A stretch of DNA of 64,000 bases from an uncultured Phycisphaerales bacterium (lineage in GTDB: Bacteria > Planctomycetota > Phycisphaerae > Tepidisphaerales > Tepidisphaeraceae). The DNA lies in the NCBI GenBank assembly GCA_963773725.1, contig CAVZCA010000001.1:9843-73842 (forward strand). Reading direction: 5' to 3'. The position numbers and the translations under genes are program-made. Below the pieces are notes generated by a model. It was not told the origin of the DNA. It saw nothing but the letters and a program-made list of their open reading frames with translations, and did not search any database. This document shows, piece by piece, positions 33,685 through 45,193 of the stretch; the first letter of the stretch is position 1; every line of letters starts with the position of its first letter.

Positions 33685-34796
33685 GACAGTGTCTGCACTT
33701 CGACGGATAACACCGCGGGAAGATCGCGGACGATGGCCGTCCAGTTGTCCCCCGCATCGGCCGACGCATACACCTGCCCGCCCGTCGTGCCGAAGTAAAT
33801 TCCGCATTCGTCGAGCGAATCCACCGCCATCGCGTCGCGCAGCACATTCACATAGCAATCCTTTTGCGGCAAACCCGCCGTCAGCGCCTCCCATTCGTTT
33901 CCGCCTTGCCTGCTGCGATAAACCCGCAGCTTCCCCTCCGGCGGGTAATGCTCCGAGTCGCTCTTGATCGGCACCACATAAATCGTCTCCGGCTCGTGCG
34001 CATGAACATCAATCGCAAACCCAAAATCGCTCGGCAAATTTCCACTCACTTCATGCCACGATTCGCCCGCGTCGTCGCTGCGCATGACATCCCAGTGCTT
34101 CTGCATGAACAGCACGCCCGGCCGCGACCGGTGCATCGCGATGTGATGAACGCAGTGGCCGACCTCGGCGTTCGGATCAGGAATAAATTCCGACCTCAAC
34201 CCGCGATTGATCGGCTGCCACGTCGTCCCACCGTCATCGCTCCGGAACGCTCCGGCGGCCGAGATCGCAATATAAATACGCCCGGGATTCGTCGGATCGA
34301 GAATAATCGTATGCAGACACATCCCGCCCGCCCCCGGCTGCCAGTGCGGCCCCGACCCATGACGCCGCAGGCCGGAAAGCTCCTCCCACGTCTGCCCGCC
34401 GTCGCTCGTGCGGAACAAAGCCGCATCCTCAACGCCCGCGTAAACCATATTCGGATCGGTCAGAGACGGCTCAAGATGCCAGACCCGCTTGAACTCCCAC
34501 GGATGCGGCTTTCCGTCATACCACTGGTGTGTCCCCGCAACGCCGTCGTAATCAAATTTGTTTCCGACCGGCGCCCACGTCTTTCCCCCGTCGTTTGATT
34601 GCTGGATCTGCTGCCCAAACCACCCGCTGGACTGCGACGCATACATCCGACTCGGGTCAACTGGCGAACCTTTCAAATGATAAATCTCCCAACCAGCGAA
34701 ATGCGGGCCGCTGACATCCCACCGCTGGCGCTTCCCATCCGATGTCAGGACAAACGCGCCCTTGCGTGTACCGACCAGTAAACGTACTTCGCTCAT
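33681..34796 (-). CDS. BNR/Asp-box repeat beta-propeller protein (sialidase-like fold)
   Basis: Intact. Repeated Asp-boxes [36 protein letters not shown] and ASADAGDNW. The start is taken at [13 protein letters not shown]. Confidence 0.75.
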   Translation of the reverse strand: MSEVRLLVGTRKGAFVLTSDGKRQRWDVSGPHFAGWEIYHLKGSPVDPSRMYASQSSGWFGQQIQQSNDGGKTWAPVGNKFDYDGVAGTHQWYDGKPHPWEFKRVWHLEPSLTDPNMVYAGVEDAALFRTSDGGQTWEELSGLRRHGSGPHWQPGAGGMCLHTIILDPTNPGRIYIAISAAGAFRSDDGGTTWQPINRGLRSEFIPDPNAEVGHCVHHIAMHRSRPGVLFMQKHWDVMRSDDAGESWHEVSGNLPSDFGFAIDVHAHEPETIYVVPIKSDSEHYPPEGKLRVYRSRQGGNEWEALTAGLPQKDCYVNVLRDAMAVDSLDECGIYFGTTGGQVYASADAGDNWTAIVRDLPAVLSVEVQTLS

Positions 34797-34800
34797 CTCG

Positions 34801-34932
34801 GCTGACCACTTTAAATTTCTCGACAGAGTCAATCAAGACAAATTTCGCGGTCTTCGCATCCTGTTGTCCATGCAAGTGGGGTTGACCGATCAGGTTTGGG
34901 AGATTGAGGAATTGCTTAAGCTCATTGACTAA
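34801..34932 (+). pseudogene. Remnant of a transposase C-terminus (IS1/IS1595-type tail motif)
   Basis: The plus frame reads ...[41 protein letters not shown]-stop. This resembles the conserved ...RVTPAMxAGLTDHVWxxEEL tail. There is no upstream catalytic region. Confidence 0.3.
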
Positions 34933-35256
34933 TCGGATTCGACTTGACGCATTCTCGACATTGCCCATTCTCGTCTAGTGGCAAAGTTTTTTTATAGCGG
35001 CGAGTCAGCGAACGTACTATCGCCTTCCGAATTAGACTGACCGCGAAATCCGGCTCCATGATCTTAGGAGCAAATCCCCTATGTCCGCAGATAACGCAAG
35101 TGTTGATAAATCGATCCTGCGCCGCGATCATCTCCTCTTACCTGTAGTGGGGTTTTGCGAAGTGGCAATTTGTCTCCCGGCGGTCAGATTATATCGAGAA
35201 ATAGGAAAACTGGAATTAAATCTCAAACTGACCCACCACCCAAAAACACACCAAAA

Positions 35257-35284
35257 TTGACCATTTTCCCCAAATCTGTACAAT
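35257..35284 (+). promoter_or_regulatory. Sigma70-like promoter upstream of the ABC ATPase gene
   Basis: TTGACC (35257-35262), a 16-nt spacer, then TACAAT (35279-35284), 37 nt before the ATG at 35321. Confidence 0.45.
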
Positions 35285-35320
35285 ATCCACCGATCGGCGG
35301 ACCCAGGCGGAACGTAAACT

Positions 35321-36578
35321 ATGGCCAGAGTAGAACTCGAAAAAGTCAGCAAAATCTATCCCGGCGGCGTTCAGAGCCGTCGATGCCATCGATCTGCACA
35401 TCGCCGATCGGGAATTCGTCGTCCTCGTCGGCCCGTCCGGCTGCGGCAAGACGCACCACCCTGCGCATGGTCGCCGGGCTCGAGGAAATCTCCGAGGGAA
35501 TCATCAGGATCGGCGAGCGCAGTCGTCAATGATGTCCCGCCCAAAGACCGCGACATCGCGATGGTCTTCCAGAATTATGCCCTTTATCCGCACATGACGG
35601 TCTACAAGAACATGGCCTTCGGCCTGAAGCTCCGCGGGATGCCCAAGGCGGAAATCAATAAGCGGGTCGGCGAAGCGGCCAAGATTCTGGAAATCGAACA
35701 TCTGCTGGATCGCAAGCCCAAGCAGCTCTCCGGCGGCCAGCGCCAGCGCGTGGCGGTGGGGCGGGCCATCGTCCGCGAGCCGGCGGCGTTTCTGTTCGAC
35801 GAGCCGCTCTCCAATCTCGATGCCAAGCTGCGCGTGACCACCCGGGCCGAGCTCAAGCGGCTTCATCAGCGGCTACGCACCACAACGATTTACGTCACCC
35901 ACGACCAGGAAGAGGCGATGACCCTCGGCGACCGGATCGTGGTGATGAAAGATGGCGTCATTCAGCAGGCCGATACGCCGCTGCAGACCTATAATCATCC
36001 GGCCAACCGGTTCGTGGCCGGTTTTATCGGAATGCCGCCGATGAATTTCTTTGACGGGACCATCCGCAACGCCGGCGGCCAGATGATCTTCGAGGAAGGC
36101 AAACTGAAGGGTTCTTCGAGGCAGACCGCGTCGGTTGTTGGCAACGGAAAGCCGTATGAAGCGCCTCTGATGATGGCCGGCGAGTTGACCTTGCCCGGCA
36201 ATGGGTTTACGCTTTCGCTGGACCAGTTGTCCTCGGGAGCGAAGGATCGCCTCGCCGCGCGCGTCGGAACGCATGTGGTTCTGGGCATTCGCCCGGAGCA
36301 TTTGCATCTGCGTCCGGTGGAAGGATCGGTGGCCGATCAAGGTCCGATTGAACGTGATCGAGCCGCTGGGAAGTGATATGGATGTTTATATGAGCACCGC
36401 CTTGCACGATCATGTGGTTGGGCGACTGGAAGCCCAGGTCGGCGTGCAGGTCGGGGCGGAGGCGACGATGTACGTCGATATTCGGAGAGCTCACGTTTTC
36501 GAACCCGGAGAGACCGGGATGAACCTGAGCCTGGAGACATCGTCTCCCGCCAACGAGCCGACCCATGCACTTGCATAA
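35321..36578 (+). CDS. Sugar ABC transporter ATP-binding protein (MalK/UgpC/MsmX type), with about 4 frame changes
   Basis: [11 protein letters not shown] (Walker A), [14 protein letters not shown] (signature), [11 protein letters not shown] (Walker B), YVTHDQ, and a C-terminal MalK-like regulatory domain in 36201-36578. Confidence 0.85.
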
Positions 36579-36675
36579 GCAGATGCATGGACCGAGCCCC
36601 TCGGCTTTCAAGCCGCTTATCCGGAATGGCGCGGATAGCGGCTGGTGCTTTTGCACTGGTTCGTCTCAGGCTGAG

Positions 36676-36702
36676 GGCCGCCAGATTTTGGTGGCCTTTT
36701 TT
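36676..36702 (+). terminator. Rho-independent terminator
   Basis: GGCCGCCA-gattt-TGGTGGCC followed by TTTTTT. Confidence 0.55.
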
Positions 36703-36775
36703 GTTTGGCCAGTTTTGTTGGCCTTTGTTGTTTGGAAATTGTGTTTGGTTTCAAAAACTAAATAGCGAGAAAAAC

Positions 36776-38297
36776 ATGAATTCGCAGGAACTGATCCGAA
36801 TCGTGGACGGCATCGCCCGGGACAAAAACATCGAGCGCGACCAGATCTACACCGACATCGAACAGGCCGTCGCTTCCGGTCTGCGCAAGCAGTTCAACAC
36901 CGAAGACACCAGCGAATTCACCGTCAAGCTGGACCGCGCCACCGGCGAAATCACCGCGGCCCGACAGGGCGTGGAAGTTCCGCTTTCAGTCGTCGGCCGC
37001 ATCGGCGCACAGACCGTCAAGCAGGTCATGATCCAGCTCATCCGCCAGGACGAGCGCGGCAGCATCTACGAGGAATACAAGGACCGCGTCGGCACCATCA
37101 TCACCGGCACCATCGCCCGCTTCGAAGGCGGCACGATGATCGTCACCCTCCTGCGAAACATCGAAGGAATCATGCCGCGCAGCGAGCAGATCCCCGGCGA
37201 AGTCCACCAGGTCGGCGAGCGCGTGCAGGCGCCTGATCATGGAAGTGCGCGACACGCCCAGCGCCGTGAAGATCATCCTCAGCCGCAGCCATCCGGAACT
37301 GATCCGCCGCCTGTTCGAGCGCGAAGTTCCCGAAGTCGGCGAGCGGACGATCGAAATCAAGGCCCTGGCCCGCGAGCCGGGCCATCGCACCAAGATCGCC
37401 GTCAGCTCCATCGACTCCAAGGTCGATGCGGTCGGCGCCTGCGTCGGCGTGCGCGGCAGCCGAATCAAGAACATCGTCGACGAACTCGGCGGCGAGAAGA
37501 TCGACATCGTCCGCTGGAACGAATCGAGCCAGATTCTGATCGGCAACGCCCTGAAGCCCGCGGAAGTGGCGGAAGTCGCCCTCTGCTTCGAGCTGGGCCG
37601 CGCAACCGTCGTGGTCAATGAAGATCAGCTTTCGCCTGGCCATCGGCAAGCGCGGCCAAAACGTCCGCCTCGCCGCCCGCCTGACCGGCTGGGACATCGA
37701 CATCCTCACGCCGCCCGAATTCCAGAACGGCGTGCAGCGCGCTCGATTCGACGCTCAAGAGCATCGAGGGAATCACCCAGGAGATGGTCGACAAGGTCAT
37801 CGCCCTGGGCCTGATCGACGTGCGCGATCATCGAAGAAGTCGGCACCGGGCCGCTGATGGAAGAACTTGGCACTCGACGAAGCGACCGCCCAGAAGGTCG
37901 TCGAGCAATGCGCCGCCGAGGCGAAGATCGTCGCGGTCGAGCAGGAAGCGAAGAAAATCGCCGATGCATCCGCCAAGGCCGCCGTGGCCGCAAGTCAGCG
38001 CTGCCGACAAAGCGGCCCTGCTCGGCTCTTGGCGACTCGCGCCGCGCCGGCCGAGGAAAAAATGCCCGGCGCTCTGGAATCCGCCGCCGGCGGAGCCCCG
38101 GAAGTCATCGTTCACGCGGACACCATCACGGCCGGCGAAGGCGAAGAGCTAAGTCGCCGAGGAACAGGCGATCCACGGCATCGGCGAAACAGGCGATGTC
38201 GCCGCCGGAAAGCTCTGCACCGCTGGATGAAGAAGATGATGAGACGGCAGCACTGGCCGAAGGACGCGAAGCGCCTCCCGTCGGAAGATCCCAATAA
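36776..38297 (+). CDS. nusA: Transcription termination/antitermination factor NusA, with at least 4 frame changes and an uncertain C-terminal end
   Basis: [23 protein letters not shown]1 domain [16 protein letters not shown] domains [26 protein letters not shown] and [23 protein letters not shown]. Confidence 0.9.
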
Positions 38298-38330
38298 ACT
38301 GTAAGCAAGCGATATCGAGTTCGAGATTTT

Positions 38331-41259
38331 TTGGAGATTGTTTTGGCAAAAGGCATTCGAGTCAACATGTTGGCCAAGGAACTTGGCGTCGAGAGCAAGG
38401 CGATCCTCCAGAAGCTGAAGGGAGAGGGCCTTAGCGACGCCGCTCCCAACCACATGAGCACCTTATCGCTCGGACTGGCCGAGTCGGTGCGCGAATGGTT
38501 CAGCAGCGGCCAACTCGGCGGCGGCGGCACGGCCGTCGAAACCGCGCCGCACGTTGAAGTAGCCAAAACCAAAGCCGCGCCGCGGCAAGAAGAAAGAGGA
38601 AGATGCCGCGCCGCCCGAAGCCGAGATCGAAGAAGAAGCCAAAGCGCCGGTCCCGTCCATTCCCGTGCCGGTTGCCGCCGCCAGCTCCTGCCGGTGCGCG
38701 AAGCCGAGCCGGAGATCGAAACACCTGTCGCGCCGAAGCGCCGCCGGTAGCCAAAGTTTCAGTTGCTCCAGCAGCCGCCTCCCGCTGCACCGCCAGCGGC
38801 GAAGCGCCGCCCGCGCATGTGGAGGTCGCAGTTCCTCCGCCAGCAGTGGAGCCACCGCCGGCGCCACCCGCGCGCCCCGATCGCTCCGCCACCAGCGATG
38901 AAGCCCGCGGCATCAGTTCCGCCGCCAGGCCCTGCCGCGCTCCGCAGCCGCCGGCTCGCCTGGAGTCGAACACATTCGCCCGACGCGCCCGACAGTCACG
39001 CTCGCCAGCCGCGCCGCGGCCCATCAGCCGCCGATCGCAAGCCAGTCGTGCAGGCGCCGCAGCTGACATCGCTTCAACCCGCGAAGATCCAGGGTCCGCG
39101 CGTCGTCCGCATCGAAAAAGAAGAAGCGGTCGTGCAGCCGCGGCCCGCGTCCGCAGCGCGTCCCGCCGCCACCGATTCCCCCGACGTCACCACTCCCGCC
39201 GGCCCGCGCACCGGTCGCGGCGTGAAGGCGACCGACGAGGATGATGAAGAAACAAAGAAGAAAGCCGCCAAGAAAGGGGCCAGCCTTTCCAGCCGCCGCC
39301 GGGGCGTCGATGGCCGCCGCGGCGAAGCGATGGAAAAGCTCAAGGAATTCACCGATGCCGACCTGATCGCCCGCCGCGATGCCCTCAACGCCGCCGCCAC
39401 GTCTCGAAACGTATTCGATAATCACCTTCGCCAGATCGAAAGGCGCGGCACGCACACCCAGGCCAAGACCGATCGTCCAGCGCGGCGAGCCGGTCGCGAT
39501 CGAAGAGCCGATCACCGTTCGCTCCCTCTCCGCGGCCCTGGGCATCAAGACCAACGACATCATCAGCAAGCTGATGAAGCAGCGGCATCTTCGCCACCAT
39601 CAATCAGACCCTCGATCAGGACACCGCCGAAACGCTCGCCCTGGAATTCGGCATCGAACTGCAACATCGCCCAGCAGGCGACGCTGGAAGAAGTCCTGGT
39701 CGGCGAGATCGAAGCGCGCGAGCAGGATCCCGACCAATCTTCAGTTGCGGCCCGCCGGTGGTCACGATCCTCGGCCACGTCGACCACGGCAAGACATCCC
39801 TGCTCGACAAGATCCGCAACGCCAACGTCGCCGCCGGCGAAGCCGGCGGCATCACCCAGCACACCGCCGCCTGGATGGTCGCAACTCGGCCGCCAAGCGC
39901 GTCACCTTCATCGACACGCCCGGCCACCAGGCCTTCACCGCCATGCGCGCCCGCGGCGCGAACATGACCGATGTCGTCGTGCTGGTCGTCTCCGCCGCCG
40001 AAGGCGTTCAGCCGCAGACGATCGAATCGATCAATCACGCCAGGGCCGCCGGCGTGCCGATCGTCGTGGCGATGAACAAGATCGACCGCGCCGATGCCAA
40101 CCCGGACATGGTGCTCGGCCAGCTCGCCAAGGAAGGCCTCAACCCCGTCGAATGGGGCGGCGACACCGAAGTCATCCGCACCAGCGCCACCACCGGCCAG
40201 GGCATTCCGGAACTGATCGAAATCCTCGATCTCCAAAGCCAGATCATGGAACTCAAGGCCGACCCGACCGCCCCGGCGCGCGGCACCGTCATCGAAAGCC
40301 AGATGAACGAAGGCCTCGGCCCTGTCGCCACCGTGCTGGTGCAGGATGGCACGCTGCAAGTCGGCGATATCGGTCTGGCCGGCTCCGGCTTCGGCCGCAT
40401 CCGCAGCCTCCTCAACGACCGCGGCGAGATGATTCCAGAGGCCGGCCCCAGCACGCCGGTCATCGTCAGCGGCCTCAGCGCACTGCCCCAGGCCGGCGAC
40501 AAATTCTACGTGCTGGACGACATGGATCGCGCCCGCGCCATCGCCGAAGAACGCGAATCTCGCCAGCGCCAGACCAGCCTGGCCGGCGCCGAGCCGCGTC
40601 ACCCTCGACAATCTCTTCGACACCATGAAGGCCGAGGAGATCAAGACCATCAACCTGATCATCAAGGGCGACGTGCAGGGCTCCGTCGAAACGCTGGCCA
40701 AGACCGTCACCGATGCCAACACCGACGAAGTGCGCGTCCGCGTGATTCACAGCGCGCGTCGGCGCGATCAACGAAAGCGACGTGGAGCTGGCCGACGCCT
40801 CCAAGGCGGTCATCATCGGCTTCCACGTCGTTCCCGACGAAGCCGCCCGCGCGATGGCCGAGCAGCGCCGCGTCGAAATCCGCCTCTATCGCGTCATCTA
40901 CGAAATCTTCGACGATCTGAAGAAGGCGCTGTCCGGCATGCTCGAGCCGGAAATCCGCGAAAAACTGCACGGCCACGCCGAAGTCCGCAAGGTGTTCAAG
41001 GTTTCCAAGATCGGCAACATCGCCGGCTGCTTCGTCACCGACGGCCACATTCAGCGCGGCAGCAAGATCCGCCTCATCCGCGGCGGCGTCGTCATCACCG
41101 AGGACCTGACCATCGAATCGCTCAAGCGGCTGAAGGACGACGTCAAGGAAGTCAAGGCCGGCTTCGAATGCGGCATCAAGGTCGGCCGGGTACGACGACA
41201 TCAAGGTCGGCGATATTCTGGAAGCCTATATCCGCGAGACGTTCCAGCGAACGCTGTAA
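38331..41259 (+). CDS. infB: Translation initiation factor IF-2, with at least 9 frame changes
   Basis: N-terminal [21 protein letters not shown], a Pro/Ala/Arg-rich linker, G domain [29 protein letters not shown], then domain C2 ...[10 protein letters not shown]...ILEAY. The 39.9-40.6 kb part is intact in one frame. Confidence 0.9.
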
Positions 41260-41279
41260 TTACGCTCGTTCGATTATCC

Positions 41280-41561
41280 ATGACGATCGGCGTATTGCAA
41301 ATGGAGATTTCGATCACCGACGCGATGTCCCTGAAGGACAAGCGCCGGGTGGTCAAGAGCCTCAAGGACCGCATCGCCCACGGGCACAATGTCTCCATCG
41401 CCGAGGTCGGCGCGCTGGACGAGCATCGCCGATCGATCCTCGGCATGGCGATGGTCAGCAACGACGGCCAATATGTCGAAGGGGCCCTGAGCAAGCTGGT
41501 CGATTTCGTGCGGACCGTGCCGCAGGTGACTTTGATGGATTATCAGATTGAATTGTTGTGA
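41280..41561 (+). CDS. DUF503-family protein (commonly between infB and rbfA)
   Basis: [32 protein letters not shown]... Confidence 0.7.
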   Translation: MTIGVLQMEISITDAMSLKDKRRVVKSLKDRIAHGHNVSIAEVGALDEHRRSILGMAMVSNDGQYVEGALSKLVDFVRTVPQVTLMDYQIELL

Positions 41562-41980
41562 TCACCATGTCCCGAAGAACCGAACGATTGGCCAGCACGA
41601 TCCAGCAGGAGCTGGCGCAGATCATCCTGCGCGAGCTGAACGATCCCCGCCTCACCGGAATGCCCAGCATCACGCGCGTGAAGGTCAGCCCCGATCTGTC
41701 GATCGCCGATGTCTACGTCACGATCATGGGCACCGCGGGCCAGCAGACCGCCGCGCTGAACGCCCTGCGCCATTCCGCCGGCCTGATGCGGACCAGACTG
41801 ACGCATGCACTGACGCTGCGCGTGGCGCCGTACCTCAAATTTCATCTGGATGAGGACCTGAAAAAAGAAATCGAACTTCTGGAAGTTCTGCGAAAAGTTT
41901 CCGAGGAAAATGCCGAGCTCGATCGCCGCCGCTCGGCCGCAGAGAACAGTCACGAACCCGAAGGTAGTGAACCCGAATGA
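41558..41980 (+). CDS. rbfA: Ribosome-binding factor A
   Basis: [26 protein letters not shown]...[17 protein letters not shown]...[12 protein letters not shown]. Confidence 0.9.
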   Translation: MITMSRRTERLASTIQQELAQIILRELNDPRLTGMPSITRVKVSPDLSIADVYVTIMGTAGQQTAALNALRHSAGLMRTRLTHALTLRVAPYLKFHLDEDLKKEIELLEVLRKVSEENAELDRRRSAAENSHEPEGSEPE

Positions 41981-42602
41981 AAAACGCCACCAAACAGCCG
42001 ATGAATTGAAGCAGCTCTTCAAGCAGCTTTTCCGCGAGGGCAAGCCCGAGCCTCGCCAGACGCTCGACGCGCTCGAGGCGCTGGTCCGCGGCGCGATGAG
42101 CTACGACGTCACCGACACCCGCGCCGACGACGCCATGAAGGCGATCAGCAAGGAGTTCGTCGATCTCAACGAGCTGCGCGTCGCCACCGACCTGGAAATC
42201 CAGGAAATGCTCGGCGTCCGCTATCCCGCGATCGAGGAGCGCGTCGCCATGATCACGCAGTCGCTGAACGACATCTTCGAGCGCGAGCACACCTGAGCCT
42301 CGATCGCCTCAAGGCGGTCAGCAAGCGCGAATCGCGCCAGTTCCTCCGCGAGCTGCCCGACATTCATCCGTTCGTCGAGGCGTATATCATGCTCTTCGCC
42401 TTCGAAGGCCACGCCGTTCCGCTCGATGAGGAGATGCTTCAATATCTCCGCGACCACGAAATCGTCGATGAGGAAACGCCACTTGCCGAGGCCCAGCGAT
42501 TCGTCGAAGCACCACCTCAAGGCCGACGACATTTACGACTATTACATGGTGCTGCGAAAGGCAGCCCAGAGCGACGGCGCGAAAAAGAAAGCCAGGTCAT
42601 GA
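41977..42602 (+). CDS. Hypothetical protein (helix-hairpin-helix-like), with about 3 frame changes
   Basis: The ATG overlaps the rbfA stop. Pieces 41910-42296 and 42389-onward (...LRELPDIHPFVEAYIMLFAFEGHAVPLDEEM...) are followed by a tail ending KKKARS, with the stop overlapping the hisG ATG. Confidence 0.35.
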
Positions 42603-43492
42603 CCGATCGCCTCCCACCATCCACGCTTCGCCTCGGCCTGCCCAGCGGCAGCCTGCAGCAGTCCACGATCGAACTGTTCGGCCGCGCCGGCTACCGCATC
42701 AACATCGCCGAGCGCAGCGTCTTCCCCCGCATCGATGACGACAAGATCTCCGCCGTCTTCTTCCGCGCCCAGGAAATCAGCCGCTACGTCGTCGACGACA
42801 TCATCGACTGCGGCCTGACCGGCTACGACTGGATCGTCGAAAACGGCAACGAAAAAGATGTGGTCGAGATCTGCGAGCTGACCTATTCCCGCGCCTCCAG
42901 CAACCCGTATCGCTGGGTGCTGGCCGTCCCCGAGGAAAGCCCCATTCGCCGTCCCGAGGATCTCGCCGGCAAAATCATCGCCACGGAACTGGTGAACACC
43001 ACCCGCCGCTATTTCGCCGCCAAGGACGTCAATGTCACGGTCGAATTCTCCTGGGGCACCACCGAGATCAAGGCCCGCCTGCTGGATGGCATCGTCGAAT
43101 TCACCGAAACCGGCAATTCGCTGCGGGCCAACAATCTCCGCATCATCGATACGCTGCTGACCAGCACCACCCGCTTCGTCGCCAACAAAACCGCCTGGGA
43201 CATCCCCTGGAAGCGCGAGAAGATGGAAAACATCGCGATGCTCCTCAAAGGGGCGATCGAAGCCCGGGCCAAGGTCGGCCTGAAGATGAACGTGCCGGAA
43301 GACCGCCTGGCGGAGGTCGTCGGATTTCTGCCGGCGGAAAAAAGCCCGACGGTCAGCCGGCTGGCGGATACCGCCTGGGTCGCGGTCGAAGTGATTCTGG
43401 AAGAAAAGCAGGAACGCGAATTGATCCCCCGGCTCAAGCGTGCCGGTGCCACGGGCATCATCACCTATCCGCTGAACAAGGTCATTCCGTAG
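42599..43492 (+). CDS. hisG: ATP phosphoribosyltransferase (long form with C-terminal regulatory domain)
   Basis: LRLGLPSGSLQQSTIELF, DCGLTGYDW and ETGNSLRANNL. 297 aa and intact. Confidence 0.9.
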   Translation: MTDRLPPSTLRLGLPSGSLQQSTIELFGRAGYRINIAERSVFPRIDDDKISAVFFRAQEISRYVVDDIIDCGLTGYDWIVENGNEKDVVEICELTYSRASSNPYRWVLAVPEESPIRRPEDLAGKIIATELVNTTRRYFAAKDVNVTVEFSWGTTEIKARLLDGIVEFTETGNSLRANNLRIIDTLLTSTTRFVANKTAWDIPWKREKMENIAMLLKGAIEARAKVGLKMNVPEDRLAEVVGFLPAEKSPTVSRLADTAWVAVEVILEEKQERELIPRLKRAGATGIITYPLNKVIP

Positions 43493-43499
43493 GCGCACC

Positions 43500-44234
43500 A
43501 TGGCAGGACACAGTCACTGGTCGAAGATCAAGCGGGCCAAAGGCGCCACCGATGCCAAGCGCGGCAAGGTCTGGAGCAAGATCGCCCGCAAGATCATCAT
43601 CGCGGCAAAAAACGGGGGCGATCCCCGCGATAATCTCTCCCTTCGCTACACCATCGACGAAGCCAAAGCCGCCAACATGCCCAAGGACACGATCGAAAAA
43701 GCCATCATGAAAGGCACGGGCGAACTCGGCGGCGAAAACTACGAAGCAGCCGTCTACGAAGGCTACGCCCCCGGCGGCATCGCCATCATGATCGACGCCC
43801 TCACCAACAACCGCACCCGCACCGCCCCCGAATTGCGTTCCATCTTCGAAAAACACGGCGGCAACTTCGCCGCCAGCGGCGCGGTCGCCTTCCAATTCGT
43901 AAAGCAGGGCATCATCACGATAAAAGCCACGAGCACCGATGAAGACAAGCTCTTGGAATTAGGCCTCGAAGCCGGCGCTGAAGACGTGAAAAATGAGGGC
44001 GAAGTCTTTGAAGTGATCACCGCCCCAGCGAGCTTTCTAAAAGTAAAAGACGCCATCGCCGCCGCTAACATTGCGGTTGAAGCGTCGGAGATCACGAACA
44101 TTCCGACCAGCACGGTTGCGATCGATGCTGAAAGAGCGCAGAAGCTCCTCAAGCTGCTCGATGCCTTGGAGGACAATGACGACGTCCAGAGCGTAAGCCA
44201 CAACGCGGAGATCCCGGAAGGCGTGTCGGTTTAA
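43500..44234 (+). CDS. yebC: YebC/PmpR-family transcriptional regulator
   Basis: MAGHSHWSKIKRAKGATDAKRGK... 244 aa and intact. Confidence 0.9.
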   Translation: MAGHSHWSKIKRAKGATDAKRGKVWSKIARKIIIAAKNGGDPRDNLSLRYTIDEAKAANMPKDTIEKAIMKGTGELGGENYEAAVYEGYAPGGIAIMIDALTNNRTRTAPELRSIFEKHGGNFAASGAVAFQFVKQGIITIKATSTDEDKLLELGLEAGAEDVKNEGEVFEVITAPASFLKVKDAIAAANIAVEASEITNIPTSTVAIDAERAQKLLKLLDALEDNDDVQSVSHNAEIPEGVSV

Positions 44235-44242
44235 GTCGAGAT

Positions 44243-45130
44243 TCAAACACCCACCAGAAAATCCCGCGACTCCACCATCCCGCGCTTCTCCCCCGCCTCA
44301 GTGCCGTTGAAATCCTCATCCTCCAACTCGATGCTAAGCAGGCCCTGATAATTCATCTCTTGAAGAACCCCAAGAATGGCCACCCACGGCGCTTCCCCAT
44401 GCCCGGGAATCGTATAACGCCAATGATATCCACCAAACCGGTGCGGCTTCGCCAGCGTCGCCGGCTGGAGATTGCCAAACTCGTAAAGCGATTCCTGCAT
44501 GATCTGCGTGTCCTTCGCATGCACATGGCCGATGCGCCCGGCGAACTCGCGCAGAAACCGAACAGGATCAATCCCCATCTTGATCAAATGCGACGGATCA
44601 TAATTAATCGCCAGGCAATCGCTCGCGGCTTCCTTAAAAAACGCCCGCAAACTTTCAGGCGTGCAACCGATGGCAGGATAATACGGATAACTGCCAGGAT
44701 ATCCTTCGATGACAATTCGCGCGCCACTACTGGCGATGGATTCAGCCAGCGCCGAATATCCTTCAACGGCCAATTTGAAATTCTCCTTCCGATCGCGCAC
44801 ATCATCATCCGGAAAAATAACCGTGAAAAAATTACGAACACCCAGCGCCGCCACAGATTTAATGTGCTCCGCCGCGACGGCGATAGCATCCCTACGCTTG
44901 CCGGCATCAGCCGACGCGATCGCCGACCAGGGCTGTTTCAGGTCCACCGATCCCACGCGCAGATTCGCGGCAAAGATCGGCTTGATCTGATCGGCCGGCA
45001 GATCGCCAACATCGATCCCTTCAAATCCGTTTTCCTTCGCGAAGGAAATCACGTTGGCCAAATTCTTCTGCCAATCGCTCCAACCGCGGCGAAATCCGAT
45101 GGGAAATGAACCAGTGCGTGTGCGAGCCAT
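44243..45130 (-). CDS. Sugar phosphate isomerase/epimerase (xylose-isomerase-like TIM barrel)
   Basis: Intact. ...FEGIDVG..., VIEGYPG..., IGHVHAKD..., SIELED metal-ligand pattern. Confidence 0.7.
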   Translation of the reverse strand: MARTRTGSFPIGFRRGWSDWQKNLANVISFAKENGFEGIDVGDLPADQIKPIFAANLRVGSVDLKQPWSAIASADAGKRRDAIAVAAEHIKSVAALGVRNFFTVIFPDDDVRDRKENFKLAVEGYSALAESIASSGARIVIEGYPGSYPYYPAIGCTPESLRAFFKEAASDCLAINYDPSHLIKMGIDPVRFLREFAGRIGHVHAKDTQIMQESLYEFGNLQPATLAKPHRFGGYHWRYTIPGHGEAPWVAILGVLQEMNYQGLLSIELEDEDFNGTEAGEKRGMVESRDFLVGV

Positions 45131-45193
45131 AATGGTGAGGGATTTCGCATATACAACCGCAAAATGCAACGGTTGCCGCGGCTAGGCAGGAAT

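Noticed and set aside
34922-35131. 69-aa minus-strand ORF with CxxC...CxxC
   Set aside because: It lies in an AT-rich scar region, has no RBS and no recognisable family, and overlaps the transposase-tail remnant. The support is too weak to call it a gene.
38463-39244. Multiple overlapping long ORFs on both strands in the infB 5' third
   Set aside because: They arise from the extremely GC-, Pro-, Ala- and Arg-rich linker region of IF-2, which is open in several frames. Only the colinear infB path connects the conserved N-terminal and G domains.
39616-40722. 368-aa minus-strand ORF opposite the infB G domain
   Set aside because: It is antisense to the best-conserved, frame-intact part of IF-2 and has a low-complexity Ala/Gly/Arg composition, so it is a shadow ORF. 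The same reasoning applies to 42542-43501 (opposite hisG), 46222-47130 (opposite the helicase), 6255-7076 (opposite the thrC-like gene) and 23..24 kb plus-strand ORFs opposite dnaA.
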